Made by a program: the position numbers and the translations under genes. From a virus: DNA of 64,000 nucleotides. The DNA lies in the IMG/VR virus record IMGVR_UViG_3300030099_005838, one strand, 5' to 3'. Shown piece by piece: positions 28,097-35,983 of the stretch (the first letter of the stretch is position 1; each line of letters opens with the position of its first letter). The notes beneath the pieces are model-generated. The model saw only the letters and a list, made by a program, of their open reading frames with translations, did not search any database and had not been told where the DNA came from.

Positions 28097-28927
28097 ATGG
28101 ATAAATCCAAGGTAAAGACGGTTACTCAAGTCAAGTCTAATCAACCCTGTGAAAACAAACGACAAGCTCTGTCACAAATCAAAAGAATAGATTGGAGATC
28201 ATTAGAGTTCAGAACACCTAATCAAAAAGGTTTCTATCATACTATTAGTAGAAATGATGTCACTTTTTCAGTAGGGCCAGCGGGTTGTGGTAAGACATTT
28301 TTAGCTACACATTATGCGTTAAAAAATCTCGCAAAAGGTAAGTATGATAAGATGGTAATCACTAAACCGCTTGTGGAAGTGGATGGTGAAAAGATGGGAT
28401 ATTTACCTGGAGATATAGATGAAAAGACAGCACCTTACATGATGTCATTATATTATAATATGGAACAGATAATTGGTAAGCAAAGATTGGAAGTTCTGAA
28501 GAAAGCTGGTGTGGTGCAAGTGATACCATTAGCTTATATGAGAGGTTTAACATTGACTGATAGTATAGTTGTATTAGATGAGGCTCAGAATGCAACACCT
28601 GCACAAATAAAAACTTTCATAACCCGTATTGGTAGTGGAAGTAAATACATAGTTTGTGGGGATTTAATGCAGTCTGATATTAGAAAAGAAAATGGTTTAG
28701 AAGATTCAATAAAGAGATTTACAGGAATAAGAAGAGTTGGATTCAGTCAGTTTGATTTAGAAGATGTTGTTAGGCATCCTATAGTTGCAGAACTATTAGA
28801 AAGATATCAAGATGATTATGAGTTAGGTTCATTATCTGCAGAAGAAACTCTTTCTATGTGGATACAGAAACAAACATTTGATGAACCACAGATTAATAAT
28901 AGATACTTTTACAAAATCAGGAATTAG
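28097..28927 (+). CDS. phoH: PhoH-family ATPase
   Basis: GPAGCGKTF, AYMRGLT, LDEAQN, GDLMQSD, VVRHP. Confidence 0.92.
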   Translation: MDKSKVKTVTQVKSNQPCENKRQALSQIKRIDWRSLEFRTPNQKGFYHTISRNDVTFSVGPAGCGKTFLATHYALKNLAKGKYDKMVITKPLVEVDGEKMGYLPGDIDEKTAPYMMSLYYNMEQIIGKQRLEVLKKAGVVQVIPLAYMRGLTLTDSIVVLDEAQNATPAQIKTFITRIGSGSKYIVCGDLMQSDIRKENGLEDSIKRFTGIRRVGFSQFDLEDVVRHPIVAELLERYQDDYELGSLSAEETLSMWIQKQTFDEPQINNRYFYKIRN

Positions 28928-28928
28928 T

Positions 28929-29150
28929 ATGAAAGTTATGTACGCAAAAAGAGTTCCACCTGGTGATAGGTGGAAGATAGAAAATGATGTATACGATTCT
29001 CTCACAGAATGTTTGAATCAAATATTCTTAACCGAAGGTGTCACAACTTTTGAAGTTGATGCCGGCAAGGGAGAAATATTTATTGATGATGGTAAGGAAG
29101 CTCCTAAGCCACCACCTAAGACTTGGGACTTATACGGAGAAAAAGAATGA
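28929..29150 (+). CDS. hypothetical protein
   Basis: ATG directly after phoH stop. Confidence 0.55.
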   Translation: MKVMYAKRVPPGDRWKIENDVYDSLTECLNQIFLTEGVTTFEVDAGKGEIFIDDGKEAPKPPPKTWDLYGEKE

Positions 29151-29386
29151 AAGATAACGTAGTATATAATAATGCAGATAATATGGTAATGGTTAAAACT
29201 AATGGTGATGAGATTAATGTGATATGTAATACTGAAAAACAGATAGATCAAGTAGTGAAAAAATTATCTACAGATACCTGTTTATTATCTGGCTATGAAG
29301 AATGGGATAAAGGAAAAGATAAAAAATGGATTTTAAAATTTTTGGTATGTGATCCAGAGTATGAATTAATACCTGAGCTAAACTAA
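29147..29386 (+). CDS. hypothetical protein
   Basis: GGAG SD, ATGA overlap. Confidence 0.55.
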   Translation: MKDNVVYNNADNMVMVKTNGDEINVICNTEKQIDQVVKKLSTDTCLLSGYEEWDKGKDKKWILKFLVCDPEYELIPELN

Positions 29387-29401
29387 TTTTTTATCGAACT
29401 G

Positions 29402-29416
29402 ATATTTATAATTGTA
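29402..29416 (+). promoter_or_regulatory. putative late promoter motif
   Basis: ATATTTATAATTGTA. Confidence 0.55.
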
Positions 29417-29442
29417 ATAATGTTTCAAACAAGGAGACTAAA

Positions 29443-29658
29443 ATGAAAAACGTATTTAAATTAATATTGTCATTAGTAATTATGTTTGGTGCTGTTCCAA
29501 CAGTTCAAGCTGTTCCAGCTCAAGCATGTGAGATGACTTGTGAAATGGCATGTGCTGATGAAGATATTAAAAAGAAGAAAAAGAAGAAAAAGAAAGTAGG
29601 TGGAAAAGGAAAGAAAAAGAAGAAGGGATTCTTTTCCAAAGTATTCGGGAGTAAATAA
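29443..29658 (+). CDS. secreted peptide with poly-Lys tail
   Basis: AAGGAG SD; signal peptide; CxxxCxxxC; K9-V-GGKG-K5-GFFSKVFGSK. Confidence 0.7.
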   Translation: MKNVFKLILSLVIMFGAVPTVQAVPAQACEMTCEMACADEDIKKKKKKKKKVGGKGKKKKKGFFSKVFGSK

Positions 29659-29951
29659 TGAACAATCCATTAACTAAACTATATAGTTGGCAAGTAAATA
29701 GTGGACAGTTAGATGGATGGACATCTTACCATTTAGCGGCTGGTTTATTTATAGCAAAAGTCGCTCAATGGTTAGGTGCTTCTGATTTGTGGGCAGTTCT
29801 TTGGGTTCTAATAATCGGTGTTGCCTGGGAAATATTTGAGGTATACATCGAAGGTATGGAAGAAACTTATGGCACACGAAAGAAGTGGGCTTGGAATACA
29901 GCGGCTGATATTATTGTAGAAGTCGGTGCGGCTTGGTGGATGGTATTGTAA
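29658..29951 (+). CDS. small membrane protein
   Basis: WTSYHLAAG..WEIFE..DII pattern, echoes 10505. Confidence 0.65.
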   Translation: MNNPLTKLYSWQVNSGQLDGWTSYHLAAGLFIAKVAQWLGASDLWAVLWVLIIGVAWEIFEVYIEGMEETYGTRKKWAWNTAADIIVEVGAAWWMVL

Positions 29952-30025
29952 TGTGTGACTGTAAGGATTGTACGCCAAAGCCTGATGGTAAGTGTTTAGA
30001 AAGTTGTGAATGTGATTCTTGTTAA
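29951..30025 (+). CDS. Cys-rich metallothionein-like microprotein (24 aa)
   Basis: MCDCKDCTPKPDGKCLESCECDSC*; TAATG coupling; fills intergenic gap. Confidence 0.6.
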   Translation: MCDCKDCTPKPDGKCLESCECDSC

Positions 30026-30040
30026 CTTTAGGAGAAAACA

Positions 30041-31327
30041 ATGTTAAAAAAACTTATGATGGGTTTACTATTAACTACATCATTACTTAGTCAAAATATA
30101 ATTGGAGACTTTTTTAAGTATTCTACTGCATATGCAAGTTTCAGTTTGAATGCTCCACGATATCAAGACGATAGATTTGCTATCATAGGAGGATTAAGTA
30201 CAGGACAGTTAGAAATCAGTAGGGATAAGAGGGAATTAAAGCCTGACTTTCAGACATCATTTGGTTTAAGAAAGATTGGTAGATTCCAATACGAACCAAA
30301 AAGAGGTGTAAAGTCTGCTGGTAAAGGTGGTACTTGGTACGATGGTTCAGAACAGAATGCTAATGAAAGTGCCACATTTGGTCCTGTTAAAGGTTGGGAG
30401 TATTTAATAAAGTTGTCAGAAGGTAGACAATGGGGCAATGATTATGTTAATAGAGAATTTTGGTTAAGATACATTGGTGATTATTTGATGGCAAAAGTTG
30501 GTGTTACTGAATTAGGGCTAGAAGATATCAAATATACACAAGGTGATATTAGACTTCATCTAACACCTGAAGCACTTAATGACAAATTTCACTTATCAGT
30601 TGGTGTAAAACATAGACAACATCCAGTATATGGATTTGACGCAATGGTATTGGATACGACTTGGTATAGAGGTGAATGGTGGAAGTTTGCTGAGAAAGCA
30701 TTTGGTATAGATGATAATGCTTGGTTCACACAGGAGTATTATGAAAACGGAGATTTAGATGTCCAATTGTACGAGTTAGATCCTGAGACTGGAGAACTGA
30801 GACCAATCGAAGGTGGTGGTCCTTTTTGGAATGATGATGGTAGATTTGTCGGAGTAGACTGGCTTTGGAGAGATGTTGACGGTAGAATATTTGCTTATAC
30901 GGATAGAGAGTATTTCTTATATCATTTTCCTGGTATGTTAGAAGAATACATCGGTGAAGTCAAGAAAAGTTTGGGTAGTCAAAATGAAACCTCATTAGTA
31001 TTGGGTATTGATTTTTATCACTACGGTGAAAATTGGTGGTTACATACTTGGGGTAATTGGTTACCTTATCACTACGGACATACAACACATGCATATCACA
31101 ATGCAGCCCATTATAGAAAACACAAAGATGATGGTGGTAAACCGCATGAGTTTATGTTTATGGACAAAATGTGGCATAGTTGGAATGATTACGATATGGG
31201 AGCAATATTTGGAGTAAAGATAAAAGATAATCTTGGAGTCTTTGCTGAAGGAAGATATTTGTATTATTGGGAACGGCCAGCATACGATATCAAATTAGGA
31301 ATTAATTATCAATTTATGGGATTTTAA
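30041..31327 (+). CDS. putative outer-membrane beta-barrel protein
   Basis: Signal peptide; amphipathic aromatic strands; C-terminal YDIKLGINYQFMGF. Confidence 0.6.
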   Translation: MLKKLMMGLLLTTSLLSQNIIGDFFKYSTAYASFSLNAPRYQDDRFAIIGGLSTGQLEISRDKRELKPDFQTSFGLRKIGRFQYEPKRGVKSAGKGGTWYDGSEQNANESATFGPVKGWEYLIKLSEGRQWGNDYVNREFWLRYIGDYLMAKVGVTELGLEDIKYTQGDIRLHLTPEALNDKFHLSVGVKHRQHPVYGFDAMVLDTTWYRGEWWKFAEKAFGIDDNAWFTQEYYENGDLDVQLYELDPETGELRPIEGGGPFWNDDGRFVGVDWLWRDVDGRIFAYTDREYFLYHFPGMLEEYIGEVKKSLGSQNETSLVLGIDFYHYGENWWLHTWGNWLPYHYGHTTHAYHNAAHYRKHKDDGGKPHEFMFMDKMWHSWNDYDMGAIFGVKIKDNLGVFAEGRYLYYWERPAYDIKLGINYQFMGF

Positions 31328-31328
31328 G

Positions 31329-31937
31329 ATGACACACGAGGAAATATACAATACAGTAAGAATGATTTGCGGTTCACTACTAATGGTAGGAATATTAATA
31401 ATACCAAGTTGTGAAGATGAAATAGTAGAAGAAGAAATAGTTTTAGAACCATCCATGCAACTTTGGGTAAATGGTGATTATATCGATCCATATACTTATT
31501 ACGCACAAATAAATACTTATGGTGAAAAAGTTTTAGGTGATGATGGTAAGATTAAAAAACTATTTGTTCTGCATTTACAAAGAGAAGTAGGTAGAGTTTT
31601 ACCAGAGTTAGAACATTATGCTGGTATATGGTATGATGAAGATGGGGAAGATAATGCTATGTTAATTGATCCTGGTTTATATTTGAACTACGGCCCGACA
31701 GATACATTGTCTCACACAAGAGAACAAACAATGAATATGGAGATTATCGGTAGCTTTGATTACACAGAATTTGCTCAATCAGAAATATACATCAATAATG
31801 ACAATAAAATTTCTGGTATGGCAAACGGTAAATTTTACAACCCATATAGAGATGAGATGCAGATTGGCTTATTAATTTTTGAAAACATAGAAATAGGAAC
31901 AGATCCAGACGCAACATTTTATACTGGTGAGAATTAA
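31329..31937 (+). CDS. putative lipoprotein
   Basis: LLMVGILIIPS|CEDE. Confidence 0.55.
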   Translation: MTHEEIYNTVRMICGSLLMVGILIIPSCEDEIVEEEIVLEPSMQLWVNGDYIDPYTYYAQINTYGEKVLGDDGKIKKLFVLHLQREVGRVLPELEHYAGIWYDEDGEDNAMLIDPGLYLNYGPTDTLSHTREQTMNMEIIGSFDYTEFAQSEIYINNDNKISGMANGKFYNPYRDEMQIGLLIFENIEIGTDPDATFYTGEN

Positions 31938-31940
31938 ATA

Positions 31941-32576
31941 ATGAATGGTGATATCAAAATAGGTAAGTTATTATGTGATGAAGATATAATCACTAAAAGA
32001 CAATTGAACAAAGCATTGCAGGCTCAAGTAAAGGGTGATAAACGCACGATTGGTGAAATTTTAGTTGATTTGGGTTTTTGTGATTTTGATGATATTACCA
32101 ACGCCTTACTAAACCACGATTCTGATACCACGCATCATGAAGAAAAAACAGAAGAAATACATTCTGAACCAGAACCAGTTGTCGAAGAACCAAAAGAAGA
32201 ACCAAAGAAAAAAGAATCAATAGAACTGAGTGAAGATAAGGTATTGGATACTAAATTCACGTTATCTGTACAAACAATGATTGCGGCTGGTACAGGTTTG
32301 GCATCATTGATTGGTATGTGGTATGCCTTACAAGCAGAAATAGAAGAGGCAAAAGAGTTACCAGCCATTGACATAGAAAAGATTTTTTCAGATGAGTATC
32401 CATCTAAACCCGAAGGTCATAACTGGCCTCGATCTTATGAACAGTATAAAACACAAGTAGGCCAGCTCCAGGAAGATATGGATGAAGTATTTGAACAGTT
32501 GGAGGAATATGAAGAAACCATAGATGAGTTGGAAAAACAGGTAACTAATTTAAGGGTAAAAGTAGGGAGTAAGTAA
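31941..32576 (+). CDS. MshEN/T2SSE_N-like domain + TM helix + coiled coil
   Basis: KIGKLLCDEDIITKRQLNKALQAQ / TIGEILVDLGF.. Confidence 0.7.
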   Translation: MNGDIKIGKLLCDEDIITKRQLNKALQAQVKGDKRTIGEILVDLGFCDFDDITNALLNHDSDTTHHEEKTEEIHSEPEPVVEEPKEEPKKKESIELSEDKVLDTKFTLSVQTMIAAGTGLASLIGMWYALQAEIEEAKELPAIDIEKIFSDEYPSKPEGHNWPRSYEQYKTQVGQLQEDMDEVFEQLEEYEETIDELEKQVTNLRVKVGSK

Positions 32577-32950
32577 TGAAGTATTTAACAGCGTTGTTAA
32601 TATTACTGTCTGTCACATTAGCACAAGTTAATGACAAGAACTTTAAAGAGAAGATTAATGGCGGTATAGTCGTAGCCGTCTTTACATCCGAATGGCAGGA
32701 ACAAGAATTAGATAAGAAAGTATTGAAGGGAGTTAGTGGATATCAGGATTGTGAAATTATTTATGTCGCTAGCGAACAAGCAAAAAAGGTTACGAAAAAA
32801 CTGAGATTTAGAAACTTCCCATCGATTGCCCTATTCTTTGACGGAAGTAAAAAGGAAACTTGGAAAGCTGATATGGATGGTGAGGTTGACTGTTCCTCAA
32901 AGGATATAAAAGATGCTATTGATGATATGTTGGCTGAAGATGTATTCTAA
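32576..32950 (+). CDS. exported thioredoxin-fold protein lacking CxxC
   Basis: Signal peptide; VVAVFTSEWQEQ; FRNFPSIALFFDG. Confidence 0.6.
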   Translation: MKYLTALLILLSVTLAQVNDKNFKEKINGGIVVAVFTSEWQEQELDKKVLKGVSGYQDCEIIYVASEQAKKVTKKLRFRNFPSIALFFDGSKKETWKADMDGEVDCSSKDIKDAIDDMLAEDVF

Positions 32951-32964
32951 TGATACAACAATAG

Positions 32965-32980
32965 TGTAACAGGTGTAACA
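32965..32980. promoter_or_regulatory. candidate enhancer (bEBP UAS)
   Basis: TGT-N10-ACA inside GTGTAACA direct repeat, 117 bp upstream of sigma54-like site. Confidence 0.35.
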
Positions 32981-32985
32981 TTTTG

Positions 32986-33013
32986 AAAACCTCACTTTTT
33001 AGTGGGGTTTTTT
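32986..33013 (+). terminator. rho-independent terminator
   Basis: AAAACCTCACT-TTTT-AGTGGGGTTTT plus T-run. Confidence 0.7.
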
Positions 33014-33096
33014 GTTGCGTACTCTAAGTAGTTAGTATACAATAATTTAAAAAACTAATAAGAAAAAAATAAAAAAGTTTTCTATATTGCAAAGTT

Positions 33097-33112
33097 TGGT
33101 ACAGTTATTGTA
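33097..33112 (+). promoter_or_regulatory. sigma54-like -24/-12 promoter
   Basis: TGGTAC-AGTTA-TTGTA (GG-N10-GT); near copy at 46389. Confidence 0.5.
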
Positions 33113-33147
33113 CATATATAGGTAAATAACTAAATAGGAGAACTGAA

Positions 33148-33774
33148 ATGTTCAAAACAATCAAACGATATCTAAAGAGCACGAATGGTAACTCGTTGGC
33201 TGAATTTGCTGTAACAACAGCTATGATGGCTACACTTGCTACTACTGCTGCACCTAAATTTTCTGGTGTTGGTGAAGGTGCTAAAGAGAAAAAGACAATG
33301 GCTGATATTGATAAAATTGTCAAATCTGCTAATAACTTTTATAACGCTAAAGTAACTGAAGAAGGTCGTGGAAGATTTCCAGGTCAGGTTAAGTATGATG
33401 AGGGTGTTGGTGGATATGCTTCCGACTCACTTATAGTATCTGGTTTAGGTGGTTTCACTTCTTATGAATCATCAGAGGGTTCTAATTGGGTTTCTGTATT
33501 TGGTACAACAACTACAGGTGCTCTAGCTCCAAGTGGTCATAACATTGATGTTTCAGAAGACGATAACAAAGATGGTTCGTTCGATCCTTCCATTGGTGCT
33601 GAAGAATTCTTAGACCAATTTGGTGGTAACCCAATCAAGACACCATTTCAGGATGGTCATTACATCTATGCGGTAATCGCTGGTGGTGGAAGTGGTTCAT
33701 CTTCTTATTCACCAATCTTGTATGTTGCTGATTTAGAAAACCCATCAAACTTCTTTAAGAAGTTACAGCCGTAG
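33148..33774 (+). CDS. type IV pilin-like protein (atypical G|NSLAE site)
   Basis: Basic leader, G at -1, E at +5, hydrophobic helix ending APKF. Confidence 0.7.
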   Translation: MFKTIKRYLKSTNGNSLAEFAVTTAMMATLATTAAPKFSGVGEGAKEKKTMADIDKIVKSANNFYNAKVTEEGRGRFPGQVKYDEGVGGYASDSLIVSGLGGFTSYESSEGSNWVSVFGTTTTGALAPSGHNIDVSEDDNKDGSFDPSIGAEEFLDQFGGNPIKTPFQDGHYIYAVIAGGGSGSSSYSPILYVADLENPSNFFKKLQP

Positions 33775-33784
33775 GAGATACAAA

Positions 33785-34210
33785 ATGAAAAATCAGAAAG
33801 GATTTACTCTAATAGAACTTATTATGGTTACGATCATTTTAGGTATTTTAGCCGCTGTTGCTATTCCTCGATATATGACATCGGTTACGAAAGCAGAAGA
33901 AGCGGCTGAAGATGCGGTGATTAGTGCAATCAAAGCTGGTTTAGAAACATATGCTGTAGAACAACTTATGGATAATGGTCGTAGAAGTTGGCCTGATAAT
34001 CCGTGGGATGCTTTAGAAACTAAACCTGCTGGATACACTACAGATGCTACTGATGCAGATGTCGATGGAGAGTGGACATACAATACCACTTCCAAAAAAA
34101 TCACACATCAGCGTGGTGATAACTCTCGTGTAGGTTGGCTATATGATGAAGGTACACAAACAGGAGACAATGCTGCTGTTGGTACACTTGGTGCAAGAGC
34201 TGATTTGTAG
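33785..34210 (+). CDS. type IV pilin/pseudopilin (MshA-like)
   Basis: KG|FTLIELIMVTIILGILAAVAIPRY. Confidence 0.92.
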   Translation: MKNQKGFTLIELIMVTIILGILAAVAIPRYMTSVTKAEEAAEDAVISAIKAGLETYAVEQLMDNGRRSWPDNPWDALETKPAGYTTDATDADVDGEWTYNTTSKKITHQRGDNSRVGWLYDEGTQTGDNAAVGTLGARADL

Positions 34211-34219
34211 GAGTTAACT

Positions 34220-34660
34220 ATGAGAAACTCTAAAGGGTTTACTCTGATAGAGTTAGTCGTAACTATAGCTTTAGTGGGGATACTCGTTGGTTCGGTTATC
34301 CCCACTTTTCATAGGGCGGTAAATGAAACTCAGATATCAGTAAACATATCCAATATGACAATCATAAAACAATCATTTATGCAATATTATTATGATAATC
34401 ATATGAGCGGTAATCCACACTTTCCACAATTACCACAAGATAGCCTAATGAATGCTACATACCGACAAACTGTATTAGGAGATGGTAGAACACCTGATAT
34501 GCTGTTTAGTGGAGATTTACCTTATAATACAAATCAAAAGCCTTATATTTATTATTGGGAAAACGATACGTTAAATGGATATGTAACTAAGCGTATCATA
34601 ATAAAAGATACAGATCCTGATAGTCCATCTTTTGAAAAAGAAGTGGTTGGAGAAATTTAG
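34220..34660 (+). CDS. type IV pilin/pseudopilin
   Basis: KG|FTLIELVVTIALVGILVGSVIPTF. Confidence 0.9.
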   Translation: MRNSKGFTLIELVVTIALVGILVGSVIPTFHRAVNETQISVNISNMTIIKQSFMQYYYDNHMSGNPHFPQLPQDSLMNATYRQTVLGDGRTPDMLFSGDLPYNTNQKPYIYYWENDTLNGYVTKRIIIKDTDPDSPSFEKEVVGEI

Positions 34661-35055
34661 TGAGTAAAGGCTTTACACTAATAGAAATATTAGTTGTAAT
34701 TCTTTTAATTGGTATAATGAGTGCGGTAGCTGTACCGAGGTTTGAGAAGAGAATTGAATTAGAAGAATTGAAACACGAAAAGAAATTCACATATACATTG
34801 TGGGAAGAGTTGGAAGTATATGCAAAGAAACAATATGAATTGACAGGTGAACAAAGTTGGCCTGAACATCCATTATCTGTTTTAGGTAGAACAAGAAATA
34901 TAATAGTCACTTATGATTTAGGAATACCTGATGAAGACAATGAGTGGCAATTTGATGGAATTAATCTATACCATAGGAGAATGAATAATGAAATCTGGTA
35001 TTACCAATATGATCCCAATACTTTTTTTCTTTCTGAACATCCAAGTAAGTTATAG
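34660..35055 (+). CDS. type IV pilin/pseudopilin
   Basis: KG|FTLIEILVVILLIGIMSAVAVPRF. Confidence 0.9.
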   Translation: MSKGFTLIEILVVILLIGIMSAVAVPRFEKRIELEELKHEKKFTYTLWEELEVYAKKQYELTGEQSWPEHPLSVLGRTRNIIVTYDLGIPDEDNEWQFDGINLYHRRMNNEIWYYQYDPNTFFLSEHPSKL

Positions 35056-35377
35056 TGATACTACTGATTTCGAATTAGACTTAGATGTCATGTGGGAAAA
35101 TACGGTATGGGAAGAAATACAAGATGTAGTAGATGTAGGTTATGAGGTTGAGAAAGTAACACCCGTAGCTGGTGTTCGTGGAGCAGAAGCAGAGGATGAA
35201 GCTCTAGCATTATTATATTATAGAAAGAGTATGAAAGGATTATCTCTTTTAGATTTACAAAAGGCTTATGGTAAGTTAGTTAATAGAAGAGAAATCATGA
35301 TTAAGGATGGAGTAGATACTAAAAAAATAGATGGTTTCATTATTACATTAAGAGGAAAAATACAAAAAAAGTCTTGA
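35009..35377 (+). CDS. secreted hypothetical protein
   Basis: MIPILFFFLNIQVSYS signal-like; VAGVRGAE. Confidence 0.5.
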   Translation: MIPILFFFLNIQVSYSDTTDFELDLDVMWENTVWEEIQDVVDVGYEVEKVTPVAGVRGAEAEDEALALLYYRKSMKGLSLLDLQKAYGKLVNRREIMIKDGVDTKKIDGFIITLRGKIQKKS

Positions 35378-35403
35378 CTTGCATTACATTTATTTTGTAG
35401 CTT
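35374..35403 (+). promoter_or_regulatory. early promoter
   Basis: TTGACT-N18-TAGCTT. Confidence 0.75.
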
Positions 35404-35409
35404 TACTAT

Positions 35410-35934
35410 ATGAATAAATGTAAAAAATGTCAGGTTGAAATGGACAAACATCGTCTCCACTTGGGTTACTCAGAATGTGTTGAGTGTTCAAGTGTAAAGA
35501 AATATGTGTCTCATACTATATATCCACACAAAACAGGTGCTTGGGTACAACCAGTTTCGGAAGAACAATCAGAAAATTTAAGTAGGTTAGATAGAAGAGG
35601 CGTTGGTGGTTCTAAGAAAGCAAAAGGTGTTTTTGCAGATAAGAGTTGGGATAGATTTTTGGAGAACTATTTAAATCCAAAACCACCTAAAAAGAAACAT
35701 GAACCCAAGCCCATAGTGAATATCTTTATTCCTGTAAAACAGGCTATGAAAAAAGTTATCAATGAATTCGATAGTCGTGGATATGAATCTGCTTGTCAAC
35801 TTACACAATCACTTTATTCCGAAGATAAAATTAGTCTTATCAGTAAATCAAAAATCATAAATGAATTATCAAGTCTACAGATGATGACAACTAAACAGAG
35901 AAAATTTATGAAAAAACTTCAAAATATTCCTTGA
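35410..35934 (+). CDS. zinc-finger hypothetical protein
   Basis: CKKC..CVEC. Confidence 0.65.
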   Translation: MNKCKKCQVEMDKHRLHLGYSECVECSSVKKYVSHTIYPHKTGAWVQPVSEEQSENLSRLDRRGVGGSKKAKGVFADKSWDRFLENYLNPKPPKKKHEPKPIVNIFIPVKQAMKKVINEFDSRGYESACQLTQSLYSEDKISLISKSKIINELSSLQMMTTKQRKFMKKLQNIP

Positions 35935-35960
35935 CTCGTGTTGCAATTTATTCGTAGCTT
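35931..35960 (+). promoter_or_regulatory. early promoter
   Basis: TTGACT-N18-TAGCTT. Confidence 0.75.
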
Positions 35961-35983
35961 AACATATCAATTAAAGGGAAAAT

